From IMG/VR virus record IMGVR_UViG_3300035698_010745: 64,000 nt of DNA; one strand, given 5' to 3'. The DNA comes from an uncultured virus (IMG/VR IMGVR_UViG_3300035698_010745). Its lineage: Duplodnaviria; Heunggongvirae; Uroviricota; Caudoviricetes. The notes under the pieces were generated by a model. That model searched no databases. It was not told the origin of the DNA and saw only the letters and a program-made list of their open reading frames with translations. The translations under genes and the position numbers were made by a program. The first letter of the stretch is position 1. Each line of letters opens with the position of its first letter. Below are positions 46,985 to 57,200 of the stretch, one piece after another.

Positions 46985-48052
46985 CTACTCCACTCGCATC
47001 GGCATCAACACATGGGTCCACCCCTCATGGAAGCTCACACTCGGACTCAAATTGTCAGCCTGATAGAACTTCCTGAATCCCGAACCCAATGCTTCCAGCA
47101 TGTAGGCGCTGTTCATGCCTGTCGCAGCAGCCAATGTCCCGCTCCCGTCCATGTCAATCTTGACCCTGCGGTTGTCTTTGTGGTTGGTGGCATTCAAAAT
47201 CAGCTTGGTCTTGGTTTTCAAGCATTCTATCCGAATGCAATCGTCCCGGCTTCCCGATAACATCGAGGCTATCAGTCTGAACGCCGGAATCGCATCGTCG
47301 GACAACTCGAAATAGATCGACGATGTAGTGGGGATAACTTGACGGTAGTTGGGATAGGTCCCTTCCACCTGTTTCATTACGTACTGCCAGTTGGCCGTCT
47401 TGACGCGCACGTCGAGTTCGGCTTTCTCGACACCCAAGATGGGGCCAGGCCCGGTCCACGAAAGCCAGGACGTTTGCGGGATGATGGTTTTCTCGTCAAA
47501 CAACTTTGGGCCATCCTCCTTGGTAACAAGACGACGGCCATCCGTGGCTGCAACAGCACCTTCGGGTGTAAACAACACGCCGTTAAGAACAAAGCGGGTC
47601 TCGTCGGTACTGGAATACGGCAACGCAAACAGGTAGTCGGCCCTGAAAGTAGGAGCCTTCTTCAACTTCCACTTCTCGAAAGCGTCAAAATCCCAGTTCA
47701 CCTCATCAAAGATGGGCATGTCGAACTCGCACGACGCCCGCCACAGGTCTTCCTGGTACTTAACCTCCAGCGTTTTCGAGTCCTTCCTCTTGATGGTCAA
47801 GGAGTCACCGCGAATGGAACTGAGCATCACTCGCAAGTCCGCCAATTGCATCACGACAGGGTCGCTACCAGTGCTGACCGCTTCGGGGCAATGAAAGGTT
47901 GCAGACTCGTTGTAATTCGTCCCTGTAATCCGAATGCCATCCTTGCCGGGACGGATGCAGATGGTGCCGAAAAGAGGCATACGAGCCTTGATTATCTTTC
48001 CGAAGCCCACGACGGCTTCCTTCAACGATGCAACCGGAATAGTGATTTCCAT
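46985..48052 (-). CDS. dnaN: DNA polymerase III beta sliding clamp
   Basis: STDETRFVLNGV, AATDGRRL, EGTYPNYRQVIP, terminal VLMPMR; ~355 aa. Confidence 0.92.
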   Translation of the reverse strand: MEITIPVASLKEAVVGFGKIIKARMPLFGTICIRPGKDGIRITGTNYNESATFHCPEAVSTGSDPVVMQLADLRVMLSSIRGDSLTIKRKDSKTLEVKYQEDLWRASCEFDMPIFDEVNWDFDAFEKWKLKKAPTFRADYLFALPYSSTDETRFVLNGVLFTPEGAVAATDGRRLVTKEDGPKLFDEKTIIPQTSWLSWTGPGPILGVEKAELDVRVKTANWQYVMKQVEGTYPNYRQVIPTTSSIYFELSDDAIPAFRLIASMLSGSRDDCIRIECLKTKTKLILNATNHKDNRRVKIDMDGSGTLAAATGMNSAYMLEALGSGFRKFYQADNLSPSVSFHEGWTHVLMPMRVE

Positions 48053-48935
48053 GACTGTTTCTCCTCTGCTCTTTTTTCTTCCCACACTACGGCTATTGTG
48101 CCGTTCTCAATCCATTGTGGCCTTCGCGAATCCATGAGCGGGGTTCCGCAACACCGGCTGCTGGCGAACACCTCGTGGTCTCGTAAAATCGTTATTGGCC
48201 TCTTGCATACACTACAACTATACACTTCGTAGTGCTCAGGGGGACGAATTGATTTGCCTTTCTTCCTCAATTGTTGCTTCCTCCCATGTGAAAACTGCTC
48301 CACGCGGGATGCTTTCTATTCTCGACTCTGGAGCCACAGGCATTCTCCAGTCACAAGTGCATTCCGTTAATGCTCGCCGGGAATGGTCACCGTAAAGAAA
48401 TACACCATTACACCCTTGACATATCCACACTCCCCATGAGGAACCTATGCCTTGCGTTCTCCCCATACAATCGCCCCGCCTTCCTTCTTTTTTATTACGA
48501 TTTCAGCTTGTCGGGCGCTGGGAATTCAGATTCCGTCACGCCGCCCTCCAGTCTGCGCCTGGAAGCGGGCCGCCATTATTGATTCAGTCCAGATTATAGC
48601 AACGCCCTTTGGGATGAATCCCGCACACTTTACTACATCCCCTCGCGTATTATGACACATGCACATGAAATCTCCACTATTGCCGCATCTCTTGCATATC
48701 TCTCCGGCCTCCGCCCCTACTCCCACTTGATATCTCGGCACATGGGCCTCACAATCCCCATGGTCAAACCCATCGGCCCCATCGCAACCGCAACAGTTCC
48801 GGCAGAACGGGTCAAGCGTATCACTCATTCGCTCTTCCCCTGCTACACCTACAACGCCCTGGGGCACAGTCATCGGGACCATTCCCATCTTGCAGGATTT
48901 GCACTCGCACGAGCCATGCCAAATTTCCTCTACAA

Positions 48936-49310
48936 TTACACGTTCGTATCCGCAGCTTCGGCATTCCCAGGTTCTTGTTCGTTGCATATTTTCCTGAACT
49001 CCACTGGTATTCCCATCTCTTTTGCCTTCGCTATCCCGAACTTCATTCCCCTGCTTATTCCAAAGTCAGTATACACCACAGAACCCTGTGCCGCCTCTCT
49101 CCATGCCAGACCAGCGGCAATCCCCCATTGTCTTTCCTCTGGGTTTTTATCGTCGAGTATTCCGGGCTGTGTATACAGAAGATGACTGGCTATTGGGGCC
49201 TCACCTCTTTTTAGTGAGTCTTTGACGCATTGCCGTGCATACTCGATGTTCTTTTGGGTCTCTTCGTCATCTTTGCCTGCAAACGGGCTTTCAAGAATTA
49301 CCAGTCTCAT
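48936..49310 (-). CDS. NDT-like / DUF4406-like phage protein
   Basis: VILESPFAG, NIEYAR, GEAPIASHLLYTQ, ER..GI.AG, VYTD.GIS.GM. Confidence 0.75.
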   Translation of the reverse strand: MRLVILESPFAGKDDEETQKNIEYARQCVKDSLKRGEAPIASHLLYTQPGILDDKNPEERQWGIAAGLAWREAAQGSVVYTDFGISRGMKFGIAKAKEMGIPVEFRKICNEQEPGNAEAADTNV

Positions 49311-49469
49311 TTCTCTCCTCTTTCGCTACACCTACAACGTCCTGGGGCACGTCCTCGGGCACCATGCTCTCGTAACTGCACGTACAGCCGTGGCTAACCA
49401 ATACGCCGTCATCATCCGTGGCTACTATTTCCCGGCCACAACGGCTACAACGCCAGATTCTTGTTCGCA

Positions 49470-50051
49470 TTATGCCCAAATCAGCTCCACCTTTGTCAAA
49501 AAATGGTCTTGCATGGTAAATGAGCCTTCAACGGTGCGGCCTTCAAGGATATGGGGCAACCAGACCCGGTCGTCCATCCACATGTCTCCCCATGGCAAGT
49601 CATTCACGTCAAACCATTGGGGCAACGCCTCGTCCGTTTCTTGAGGGTATCCGATGCATTCATCTGCCCGGAAAACATGAACACGCATGGAGAAATCGTT
49701 CTCATCGGGCATGTAGAAATCAAGTGTGCCCACGCTCCGAATGCCATCGGGCTGGGCAATGACTTCCTCTTTGAACTCACGTAAGGCGGCCAAGGTGGGC
49801 GTCTCTCCCTCTTCCACATGACCGCCTGGAGCATTCCACATTCCTGCCCCGAGTCCACGCTTCTTGTTGATAAGTAACACCTTACTGTCACAGATAACAA
49901 AGAGCAGGGTCGCCGTTTCTTTCAACTGTTCCTCATTTTTCACTATTACAACTCCCTTGGGTGTGAATTCCGGGCATGTCCCTTCCACAAATAGGCAATC
50001 TTCGCCATAGGAAATACAATCTTTACATGCGCACCTCTCCCAATCCATCAT
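49470..50051 (-). CDS. Nudix hydrolase, MTH1/8-oxo-dGTPase-like, with N-terminal Zn/motif unit
   Basis: KKRGLGAGMWNAPGGHVEEGETPTLAALREFKEE; MWMDDRVWLP. Confidence 0.9.
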   Translation of the reverse strand: MMDWERCACKDCISYGEDCLFVEGTCPEFTPKGVVIVKNEEQLKETATLLFVICDSKVLLINKKRGLGAGMWNAPGGHVEEGETPTLAALREFKEEVIAQPDGIRSVGTLDFYMPDENDFSMRVHVFRADECIGYPQETDEALPQWFDVNDLPWGDMWMDDRVWLPHILEGRTVEGSFTMQDHFLTKVELIWA

Positions 50052-50223
50052 GCTCTATTGTACGCTTGGAGGGCGACAGGAGAGCGAGGAACCTTCAGCC
50101 CGGCACTTTGTCTTTTTTGATACCAGCCACAATTCAAGCACCTATCGTACACGCCCATCGTATCGTGTACCGTGAGCGTTCTGCATTCTGGGCACAACAA
50201 CCCGGCAGACGGATTCGTATTCA

Positions 50224-51093
50224 TTATTCCCACTCCATGCTGTAGTCAGCAACGGAGTTGAACGTCATCTGTCCACTCCACCACCGTTCTGTTTCAATGA
50301 CAGTCCCCCGAATGCTACTGCACCTGTCGCAAATCGTACAATCCTTGGGGCACACAAAATTCTTGCCTGATGGATGTGGAACAATCAAAAAGCGATTGGC
50401 TCCCCTTTTTGTCCACCCTCCATACTTGTCATTCGATACACCAATATGGGCTACCTTGAGCAGGGCTCGCAGATTCAAGTCAGTACGGGAGGTGAAGCCA
50501 TAACACCCAATGCCATACGAGATGAGCGCCTTGCAAATCACAATCATTGTTGTAATGTCCCGCTGGTCCAGGAAGTCCCCCGACTGTCCAAATCGGAACA
50601 ACTTTACCTTCAACTCGCGGCCCTTACATCGTTGCAGAATTCCTTGGGCTATCACTCTTGGCGCGACGTTGCGCATAATCCAATGCTGCCGACGACGATA
50701 CGGTAATGAGTTCATCATGTACCGTTCGGTGTTCAGGGCATAACACCGTTTGCCCGCCTGGCACAGCCCTAACGGTCTGCTGGGGCAATCATTGGCCGCG
50801 CCACAATTCCAGATAGCGGTGGTCTGGGGCAACTTGTGGTTCCCGAACTGAACATGGCGGCCAATCACTTCCGGGCGCGTCAGGTCGGACACCTCCTCAG
50901 CATACACGCGAACACCGGCCCTGGGGTCATTACGCCCTGCGGCATAGGCTCCACCCTTCACGACCGACGACCCGCCATCCTTATCTACCTTGGGTTGGCA
51001 TTCCGGGCAAACGACCGAGCCCCACCGCATATCCCAGCTTGGAGGGAGTATGCTCTTGTATGTTCGGTCGTAACAGTATTCGCAAACCCACAT
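50224..51093 (-). CDS. gene product 88 (gp88)-like protein with N-terminal Zn unit
   Basis: GNHKL, CP.....C....CYA, FRFGQSGDF, YGFTSR, CPKDCTICDRC. Confidence 0.7.
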   Translation of the reverse strand: MWVCEYCYDRTYKSILPPSWDMRWGSVVCPECQPKVDKDGGSSVVKGGAYAAGRNDPRAGVRVYAEEVSDLTRPEVIGRHVQFGNHKLPQTTAIWNCGAANDCPSRPLGLCQAGKRCYALNTERYMMNSLPYRRRQHWIMRNVAPRVIAQGILQRCKGRELKVKLFRFGQSGDFLDQRDITTMIVICKALISYGIGCYGFTSRTDLNLRALLKVAHIGVSNDKYGGWTKRGANRFLIVPHPSGKNFVCPKDCTICDRCSSIRGTVIETERWWSGQMTFNSVADYSMEWE

Positions 51094-51318
51094 GCCCGAT
51101 TATACGCTCTGCTCGTCATAGACGAACACGGTTCTTTTGGGGCTACACTTTTTCGTGGGTTTTACACCACGAACAGACAAATACATCGAGACTCTCTTCG
51201 TTATGGCGTATCACCCCAGAGCAAACCGGCCCTCCACAATCAGGGCATCCCCGACCTGTAGGGTGTCCCAACCAAAGTTCGGGCTTTTCTTCTGTTTCTG
51301 CTTCCATCTCTCTTGTCT

Positions 51319-51627
51319 TCATTTATCCAAAACGTTATCTGGCTCAGTCAGTTTGGACGATTCGGCAGGTGTTCCAGGCTCCTCGTCCGGGGTATGACCA
51401 TTGCGGTCGCGACTGAAATAGTCCTTGTAGACCCCTTGAATGACCAACAACAACGCGGAGAACATAGCCACAAGTGTCTCGGGCTTGAATTCCGTGCGTT
51501 GTTTGACCATGACATAGGCCAGGGCCATACAGAATGTAAGAAATGCAGCTCCGGCCAATACCGTTAGAATCCAACGGCCACTTGTCGCCTGTGCTACAAA
51601 CCGGTCACCTTTCGATAGTCTCATCAT
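51319..51627 (-). CDS. two-TM membrane protein (holin-like)
   Basis: Two hydrophobic segments and a charged C-tail. Confidence 0.5.
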   Translation of the reverse strand: MMRLSKGDRFVAQATSGRWILTVLAGAAFLTFCMALAYVMVKQRTEFKPETLVAMFSALLLVIQGVYKDYFSRDRNGHTPDEEPGTPAESSKLTEPDNVLDK

Positions 51628-52036
51628 CCGGCACCTCCGAGCTGACTCCAGTTACCTCTGATGAGGGCTTTGACTCTTCCTGCAATTCGGCTTTTGCTCC
51701 GGTCTTGGCCTCTGTCCAATTGGGCTCTCCGTGCATCCAGCTTATTGCCCTGTCGAGCAGAATCAGGTTGTTCTGCTGTATCGCGCCGGAACGAGACACC
51801 ACCTGAACAAAGTTGTTATAGCCATTACCCATGCTCTGCATATCTGCACCGATACTGGCTGTGGCGACAAGACACGTGGCCGTATCCGCTTCCACCTTTG
51901 CCAATCTTTCGACGACATCCAAGGCGGACACCTGGATGTTCGTGCCCTTGCCACGAACAAGAGCCGTCACACAACAAGCAACCACCATCGCACACAACCA
52001 CAACACTCTCTCTGCTGCCCTCTCTGCTGCCTTCAC
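51605..52036 (-). CDS. membrane-anchored hypothetical protein
   Basis: N-terminal hydrophobic helix; 12-bp duplication AAER-AAER. Confidence 0.5.
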   Translation of the reverse strand: MKAAERAAERVLWLCAMVVACCVTALVRGKGTNIQVSALDVVERLAKVEADTATCLVATASIGADMQSMGNGYNNFVQVVSRSGAIQQNNLILLDRAISWMHGEPNWTEAKTGAKAELQEESKPSSEVTGVSSEVPDDETIER

Positions 52037-52392
52037 CCTGCCTCCTCTGCCGGATTGTCCGACGTTTCTGTTTCTTCTGGCTTCTCAACGTCTTCTGTTG
52101 CCGCCTCTTTTGACTCGGCAATGGCTTCCTTCATCGTGGATAAGATGTCGGGAGATGCCTTGATGATGCTGGCTTTGAATGGCCCGGACACGCCTAGGGC
52201 CGAAAAGACTTCTTCGAGGGTGGATGGTACGTCAATCACGATGACGCCGTTGGAATCGACAAGCTTCCTCATCCCGCACATCGAATCCACTTCAAGAAAG
52301 CTGCCAAGCGTCTTCCCGGCAACGGAAACGACAAAACGCCTCTCTACCTGGACGTCAACCACTGGAGCCTTGAATGTCTTCAGGTTATCCAT
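52033..52392 (-). CDS. hypothetical protein
   Basis: Likely start MDNLK after GGAGG SD. Confidence 0.6.
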   Translation of the reverse strand: MDNLKTFKAPVVDVQVERRFVVSVAGKTLGSFLEVDSMCGMRKLVDSNGVIVIDVPSTLEEVFSALGVSGPFKASIIKASPDILSTMKEAIAESKEAATEDVEKPEETETSDNPAEEAG

Positions 52393-52698
52393 TTCATCCT
52401 CCCTTATATTGCCGCGACGCAACGTCACGAGTGCAAACCGACACAAGATACGACTTATCGGAAATCGTTTCAAGCCTTATCTCTGTCCACGGGCTAATTA
52501 CAGCAATTCCATTTGCCGGGGGCTTGAATCGGGACTCATCTCCCGACCAGCCACACCCCATACACTGCAAAATGTCGATTTCAAATGACTGAACTTCGTC
52601 CTCATCATCCGGCCCCGGAAACCCTTCGCCCTCCCGCAAGTCCTCACAAAAACAGCGTGGGCAGCGCATCCTTGTGTGGTGCAGGGGCTTATGTATCA

Positions 52699-53103
52699 TT
52701 AGTTCAATCTCGGGTCGCCCTTGGGAATAGGAAGGGGCTGTCGATTTTCGTTATAGAAAAAGTGCAAAATACCCCCTCCACTTGCCATGGACACAACCTC
52801 TCCTTTCATTGCCTCCGGCCTGATTTCGTTGATATGGTCAATGACAATCTTCAAGAAGTCCACAACCCCATGTGGGTTATTGGACATACTGGCACTGTAA
52901 TGAGTCACCCGCACATCGTCCATCTGGTCAACGGACGCAATAAGCCTCACCCCATCGATGAAGTCGAAGACGTGTTTGCGCTTTTTGCTGGGAGCAAGGG
53001 AGAGGTCCTTCTCGATTACCTTCGGGTTGTAGACGTCATCCTCTACAGCCTGGGCATACCGGGCTTTCAAAACAAACGTAGGCTCTGGCTCAAATGGTAA
53101 CAT
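52699..53103 (-). CDS. hypothetical protein
   Basis: 134-aa ORF with AAGGAGG SD. Confidence 0.65.
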   Translation of the reverse strand: MLPFEPEPTFVLKARYAQAVEDDVYNPKVIEKDLSLAPSKKRKHVFDFIDGVRLIASVDQMDDVRVTHYSASMSNNPHGVVDFLKIVIDHINEIRPEAMKGEVVSMASGGGILHFFYNENRQPLPIPKGDPRLN

Positions 53104-53390
53104 TCATATCCTCCTTAAAAGGATGACCCATATTGGCACGCATTTGCCACCCGGCTTGGTAATCGCCCTGGGTTTCTCGTTCCCTGTTGTCATATCCCGT
53201 CTCCCAGTTGGTTAATGAGCTGCTTGGCCTTCCATTGGTCATATTTCCTCTGAAATTTTGCATCATTTTCGGCATCCCACTTGGCCCTGGCCTCACGCTT
53301 CCACTTGGGCATTCGCAATGACCACAAGGCAAATACCATCCACATAACACCGCACCATAACCATACGTCTCGCGTCATCTGGCCAGAATT

Positions 53391-53990
53391 TCATATCCAC
53401 CTCAGTTCGCCATCGGACATGTAATTATCAATCATCAGCCGCCTGATGGGCTCCCACAGGTTGTCGGGCAACTTGTTCGTCGGGAACCATCGCCATTCCT
53501 CACACTTGTCCGGCTCCATAACGCGGGGCTCCGGGCCATGCTCTCCTAACTGCCACTCCACGTCAAAGTACAGCGTGACATAGTGCAAGCCCTCCTCGGC
53601 CATGTCATCGTTTGAAAAACCCACATGACGATTGATGCCGGTCATGTGCAGGCCAGTCTCTTCCCGCAACTCCCGGCTACATGTCCCCCAGAAGCCCTCT
53701 CCGACGCGCTGATGGCCCCCAGGCAACGCCCACTCGCCTGCCCCGTGTGAACCCTTACGTAAGCCCAACAAGACGCTGTGGCCCTTCCTGACGATGATTC
53801 CGATGCCTACCTTGGGAGTCGTCTCCTTGGTTAACATCGGGGCGTAATCGACAGGAACCTGTGCCATCTGCCGATAATGCTTCAGCCACGCAGCAAGCTG
53901 CTGATGGTTCGTCCCGCACAAGGTGTCAGCATTTTGCTCGGCAGCTTCCTCCGCGTGGGCTATAGCTTCATCCAGCGTCAGGGGCTTCAT
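53391..53990 (-). CDS. Nudix hydrolase, NUDT15/MTH2-like
   Basis: PKVGIG..VLLGLRKGSHGAGEWALPGGH...RELREETGL, HYVTLY, EPDKCEEWRWF. Confidence 0.92.
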   Translation of the reverse strand: MKPLTLDEAIAHAEEAAEQNADTLCGTNHQQLAAWLKHYRQMAQVPVDYAPMLTKETTPKVGIGIIVRKGHSVLLGLRKGSHGAGEWALPGGHQRVGEGFWGTCSRELREETGLHMTGINRHVGFSNDDMAEEGLHYVTLYFDVEWQLGEHGPEPRVMEPDKCEEWRWFPTNKLPDNLWEPIRRLMIDNYMSDGELRWI

Positions 53991-54422
53991 TTTTTGTCCT
54001 TTTCGTCCTTCGTATCCTCTGCAAAATCCACATCGAAGATGCGTCGGGTCTGGAATTGCTTGTCACCGCACCGCTTACACACCCGCCGTTGAATGAGGTA
54101 ATCCCCCTTGTTTATCACCGTGCCGTCGCCGAGCTTGGACGTCCGGCTTTTATTCTGATGGTCGATCCACTTGCCCCAGTCATGCCAGAATAGGCACCGC
54201 TCTCCATAAGGTTCACCATGCCGGAGCAACCCATTCCACACCTCAACGGAGGTCAGGCTGTCCTTGCTCCGTGGACCAATCAGTCCGCATTTGTCGCACC
54301 GCACACAGAAAAAGTCATCCATCGGTCCCTTCAGCACTACCTTGGACTTGCCACAAGCCGGGTTGGGGCATCCCTTGATTTCCTTGGCTCGCTGATGACT
54401 GATATTGCGTTCGTGCTGTGTT

Positions 54423-54953
54423 TTACCTACAGGCTCTTGCATTTCTTTTTCTCTCCATTCCTTCGGTCAGGAATCGCACGACGGCATTCCCGGCAATCAG
54501 CCGGGTATTGCTGCCGTCATCCATATTCATCACTCCCGTCCAAAGCATTATATTCGCCAGCCCCGCTTTCTTGTCGAGTTTTCTGTATGGAAAACGAATT
54601 GGCCACGTAATATCCTTTGAAATCGGGGATTCTACTCGTAACCAAGCCATCCAATGGGCCATGTCATCGACCTTGTCCCTTGTCCACCGTACGTCCTTGC
54701 CCTCAATTTCCATCGCCTTGATGACTTCACGGTAAATAGCAATTCCCTGGTTGAGGGTCCGCACGACCCCGTTTGCCTCCATAAACAGAGATGAACAAAG
54801 GATAGCCGCACCCGCGTCAATACCATAGTCTCGGATGGCCACGGCACAATCACGTGTACTTTTGTCGTCAGACAAGGCAAGCAGAGTCAGGTTTTCCTGC
54901 AACTTCTGCCGGGCTGCCTTCCATGTCATTCCATGTAAATCCGTTATCTTCAT
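54423..54953 (-). CDS. hypothetical protein
   Basis: Likely start MKITDL. Confidence 0.55.
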   Translation of the reverse strand: MKITDLHGMTWKAARQKLQENLTLLALSDDKSTRDCAVAIRDYGIDAGAAILCSSLFMEANGVVRTLNQGIAIYREVIKAMEIEGKDVRWTRDKVDDMAHWMAWLRVESPISKDITWPIRFPYRKLDKKAGLANIMLWTGVMNMDDGSNTRLIAGNAVVRFLTEGMERKRNARACR

Positions 54954-55278
54954 AATGTCCCACACCGCCGATGTAGTTGGCGTCGTTGTGAACGTCCTCA
55001 CTAAACAAATGGCCCTTGTATCCAACCTTGTTCTTCATATCGAGCTGGTCGCATTCAAGGGCGATTCTCAACCCTTCCACCCGGTCAACGAATCGGCCTG
55101 TCTCCGTCGCAAATCCCTGCTTTCCACCCGCAGGCCGGACGCCCAGTGTCTCGCAAATCTCGCGAATGATGAGGTCATGGCGTCTACCCGTCCAAATCAC
55201 GCCTTTCCTCAGTATGGCGGCATGGACAATCACTTGCTCCTCTTTCTTCCCGGATGCTTCGGAGCCTTCCCTCCCCAC
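54868..55278 (-). CDS. phage hypothetical protein
   Basis: AAI....TGRRH...QGFATETGRFVDR.E...IA...LFSED pattern. Confidence 0.65.
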   Translation of the reverse strand: MGREGSEASGKKEEQVIVHAAILRKGVIWTGRRHDLIIREICETLGVRPAGGKQGFATETGRFVDRVEGLRIALECDQLDMKNKVGYKGHLFSEDVHNDANYIGGVGHYEDNGFTWNDMEGSPAEVAGKPDSACLV

Positions 55279-56792
55279 GCTTCACTGCCCTTGCGGAATA
55301 TGTCGGCCACCCCCGACAAGGTACGGGCACCATCCTTGAACTTGGCAGCACGGGATTGTTCCCGTTGTGTCGCCTTCTTGCTCATCTCGCTGCTCCTTCC
55401 TTGGGCCTTAAGTAAATGTATCGCCGTGGGCGTTCCCAGTATTTTCCCCTGGTCCTTCTCAACGTCCCGCACTTGGAGCACCAGTCCGTTATCTGGACAC
55501 CGAATACCACTTCGTGGCCCCATTTATGCTTACACTTCACCTTCACTGGCTTCCTTCCTCGAACCTTGAGAATTAACGGAACGGAGCCGTTCCGATAGTC
55601 ACACTTCGGACAGCCAACATAGTAGTTGTCCGGGTAGTATTCGAGTTTGCCACGCTTGCATTTCGGGCACTTCATCATCCCCTCCAAATCCGAAAGACGG
55701 CACCCAGGTCGTGAAGCGCCTTCTCCCCATCGCGCCGTATCTCTTTCGTGGATTTCCTGCCCGGAGCAATGACCTCATCGGGCTCGTAAACCTCGGGGTC
55801 CTCACGCCCCTCTGGGCAAAGCCTTCTGCCTACACCTGTATTCGGGGATTGCATTGGGTTCATTGTCTTATCCTCCACGTCTTTGTCCGGCTACACCATA
55901 CTCCTACAACAATACCGATAAAGATGGTGAAACCACACGCACATTTCGGCCCAATCCCATCTCCAATCTGGATACCGGCCACAAGGAAAAATGGCAGCAT
56001 GAAAAGCAAGCCAACCAGTATCCTTATCTTGAGTAACGTGTTTTTGCGTATATCACACATGGTTAACCATTGCCCACCAGCCCAAAGATTCTGAACATTT
56101 CTTCGACCTTGGCTAATAGTTCGTCCCGCGACAAACTCTTTGGGGGCGTTTGCACTTTCATCCGTTCAAGTAAAGCCTTGATGGCGTCATTCCGCTTTAT
56201 ATCCGCTCTAATGGCTTTGGTGTGCCGGTCATAGAGGAATCGCTCGGACTTCGGAAGTCCCAAGTTCTCGCCCATCACGTCGACGAGCTGACTGTGTTCT
56301 ATCCCTTGAGACGCTTGCTCGTGCTCACGCTTCCAATGGTCGCGTGCCCGGCGAAGCTCGGCAGCTATGGAGTGCCATGCGTTTTCCCGAGCCTCCTCCG
56401 TACCAGCCTCCATTTGAAGGGTGGCTCCACCCTTCTTCCGTGAGCTGAACAGGATGGGTGACAGGACGGTCTTCTCTTACCCACCCATCACACTCGGCCA
56501 CCTTGATACGCTGCTCCTCTTCGCTTAGCTTGTCGTAGTCTTCTGCCTTCATTGGTTCTCCGTCATTGAGGACAAACGCGCTGTCACGATTTTACCATCT
56601 CCATTGCTTGGTCATGGGCTACCGTCCGGCACACCTGGGCCAACCCAGTCGCCTTGTTTCGAAGCCGCCGGAGTACCACGTTGCCTTTCGGCGTAGCAGT
56701 CGCGTCCTCGTAGAGAGCACGGCCACCTTTCACGCGGACATAAAACTTGTCAACCCACCACCAGTCACCTGCCAATTCCCATGCGGTACTCA

Positions 56793-57200
56793 CTATCTGC
56801 TCCTTTCGGGTCCGCGCACGACCGGGGGCAAGCCCAGGTCCTCACGACGCTCCTCGCGAATCTCTCGCACGATGCCCCAGAAACATCCCTTGGTTTCAGG
56901 TGTCAACCCTTCACCCTCAATCATCACACGGGCCTCAAGTGTCCTCATGTCAATAAGATCGGCGGCATCGGTGTTATCATCATCCGCCTCAGCATCGGGA
57001 TGGGCTACCGGCGTACGCTTGATACCCAAAGCACTGGCCATAACCTTACTCAAGGGCACCTCAACGCCTTTTCGGCCACCCTTCTCCTTAAATACTATAC
57101 TCCCACCAGCCGAGTTCGGGACAAGGGTAACGTAAACCGGTTTGCCGTCACGTTGCAGGCCGGTTTCACGAATCAATGGTTTTGTCAGCGCTGTTGCCAT
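56793..57200 (-). CDS. hypothetical protein, apparent paralog of 1520-1816
   Basis: GAGGAGG SD; shared N-terminal pattern. Confidence 0.65.
   Translation of the reverse strand: MATALTKPLIRETGLQRDGKPVYVTLVPNSAGGSIVFKEKGGRKGVEVPLSKVMASALGIKRTPVAHPDAEADDDNTDAADLIDMRTLEARVMIEGEGLTPETKGCFWGIVREIREERREDLGLPPVVRGPERSR

Larger units (their letters stand above)
6500..52500 (-). other. field of roughly 100 or more small, mostly CxxC-containing ORFs sharing a terminal P-x-G-hydrophobic-x-E-E motif
   Basis: Examples: CPRGSVGIWKEE, VPLGAVVVWDE, NPDGTVFTWEE, RPEGVVFAWDEE, CPEGCVMPGAEE, VPHGIALTTQEQ, HPQGAVCTWHEE, VPKGIAWVYDEE, IPRGAVFTWEE. Confidence 0.9.

Noticed and set aside
6500..52500. Stop-codon reassignment as the cause of the many short ORFs
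   Set aside because: Long genes (dnaN, lpxR, tas, GT2) are intact in code 11; units have their own SD/start and usually overlap in a different frame, so readthrough would not fuse them
6500..52500. Integron cassette array
   Set aside because: No intergenic attC-like palindromes (genes overlap) and no integrase seen
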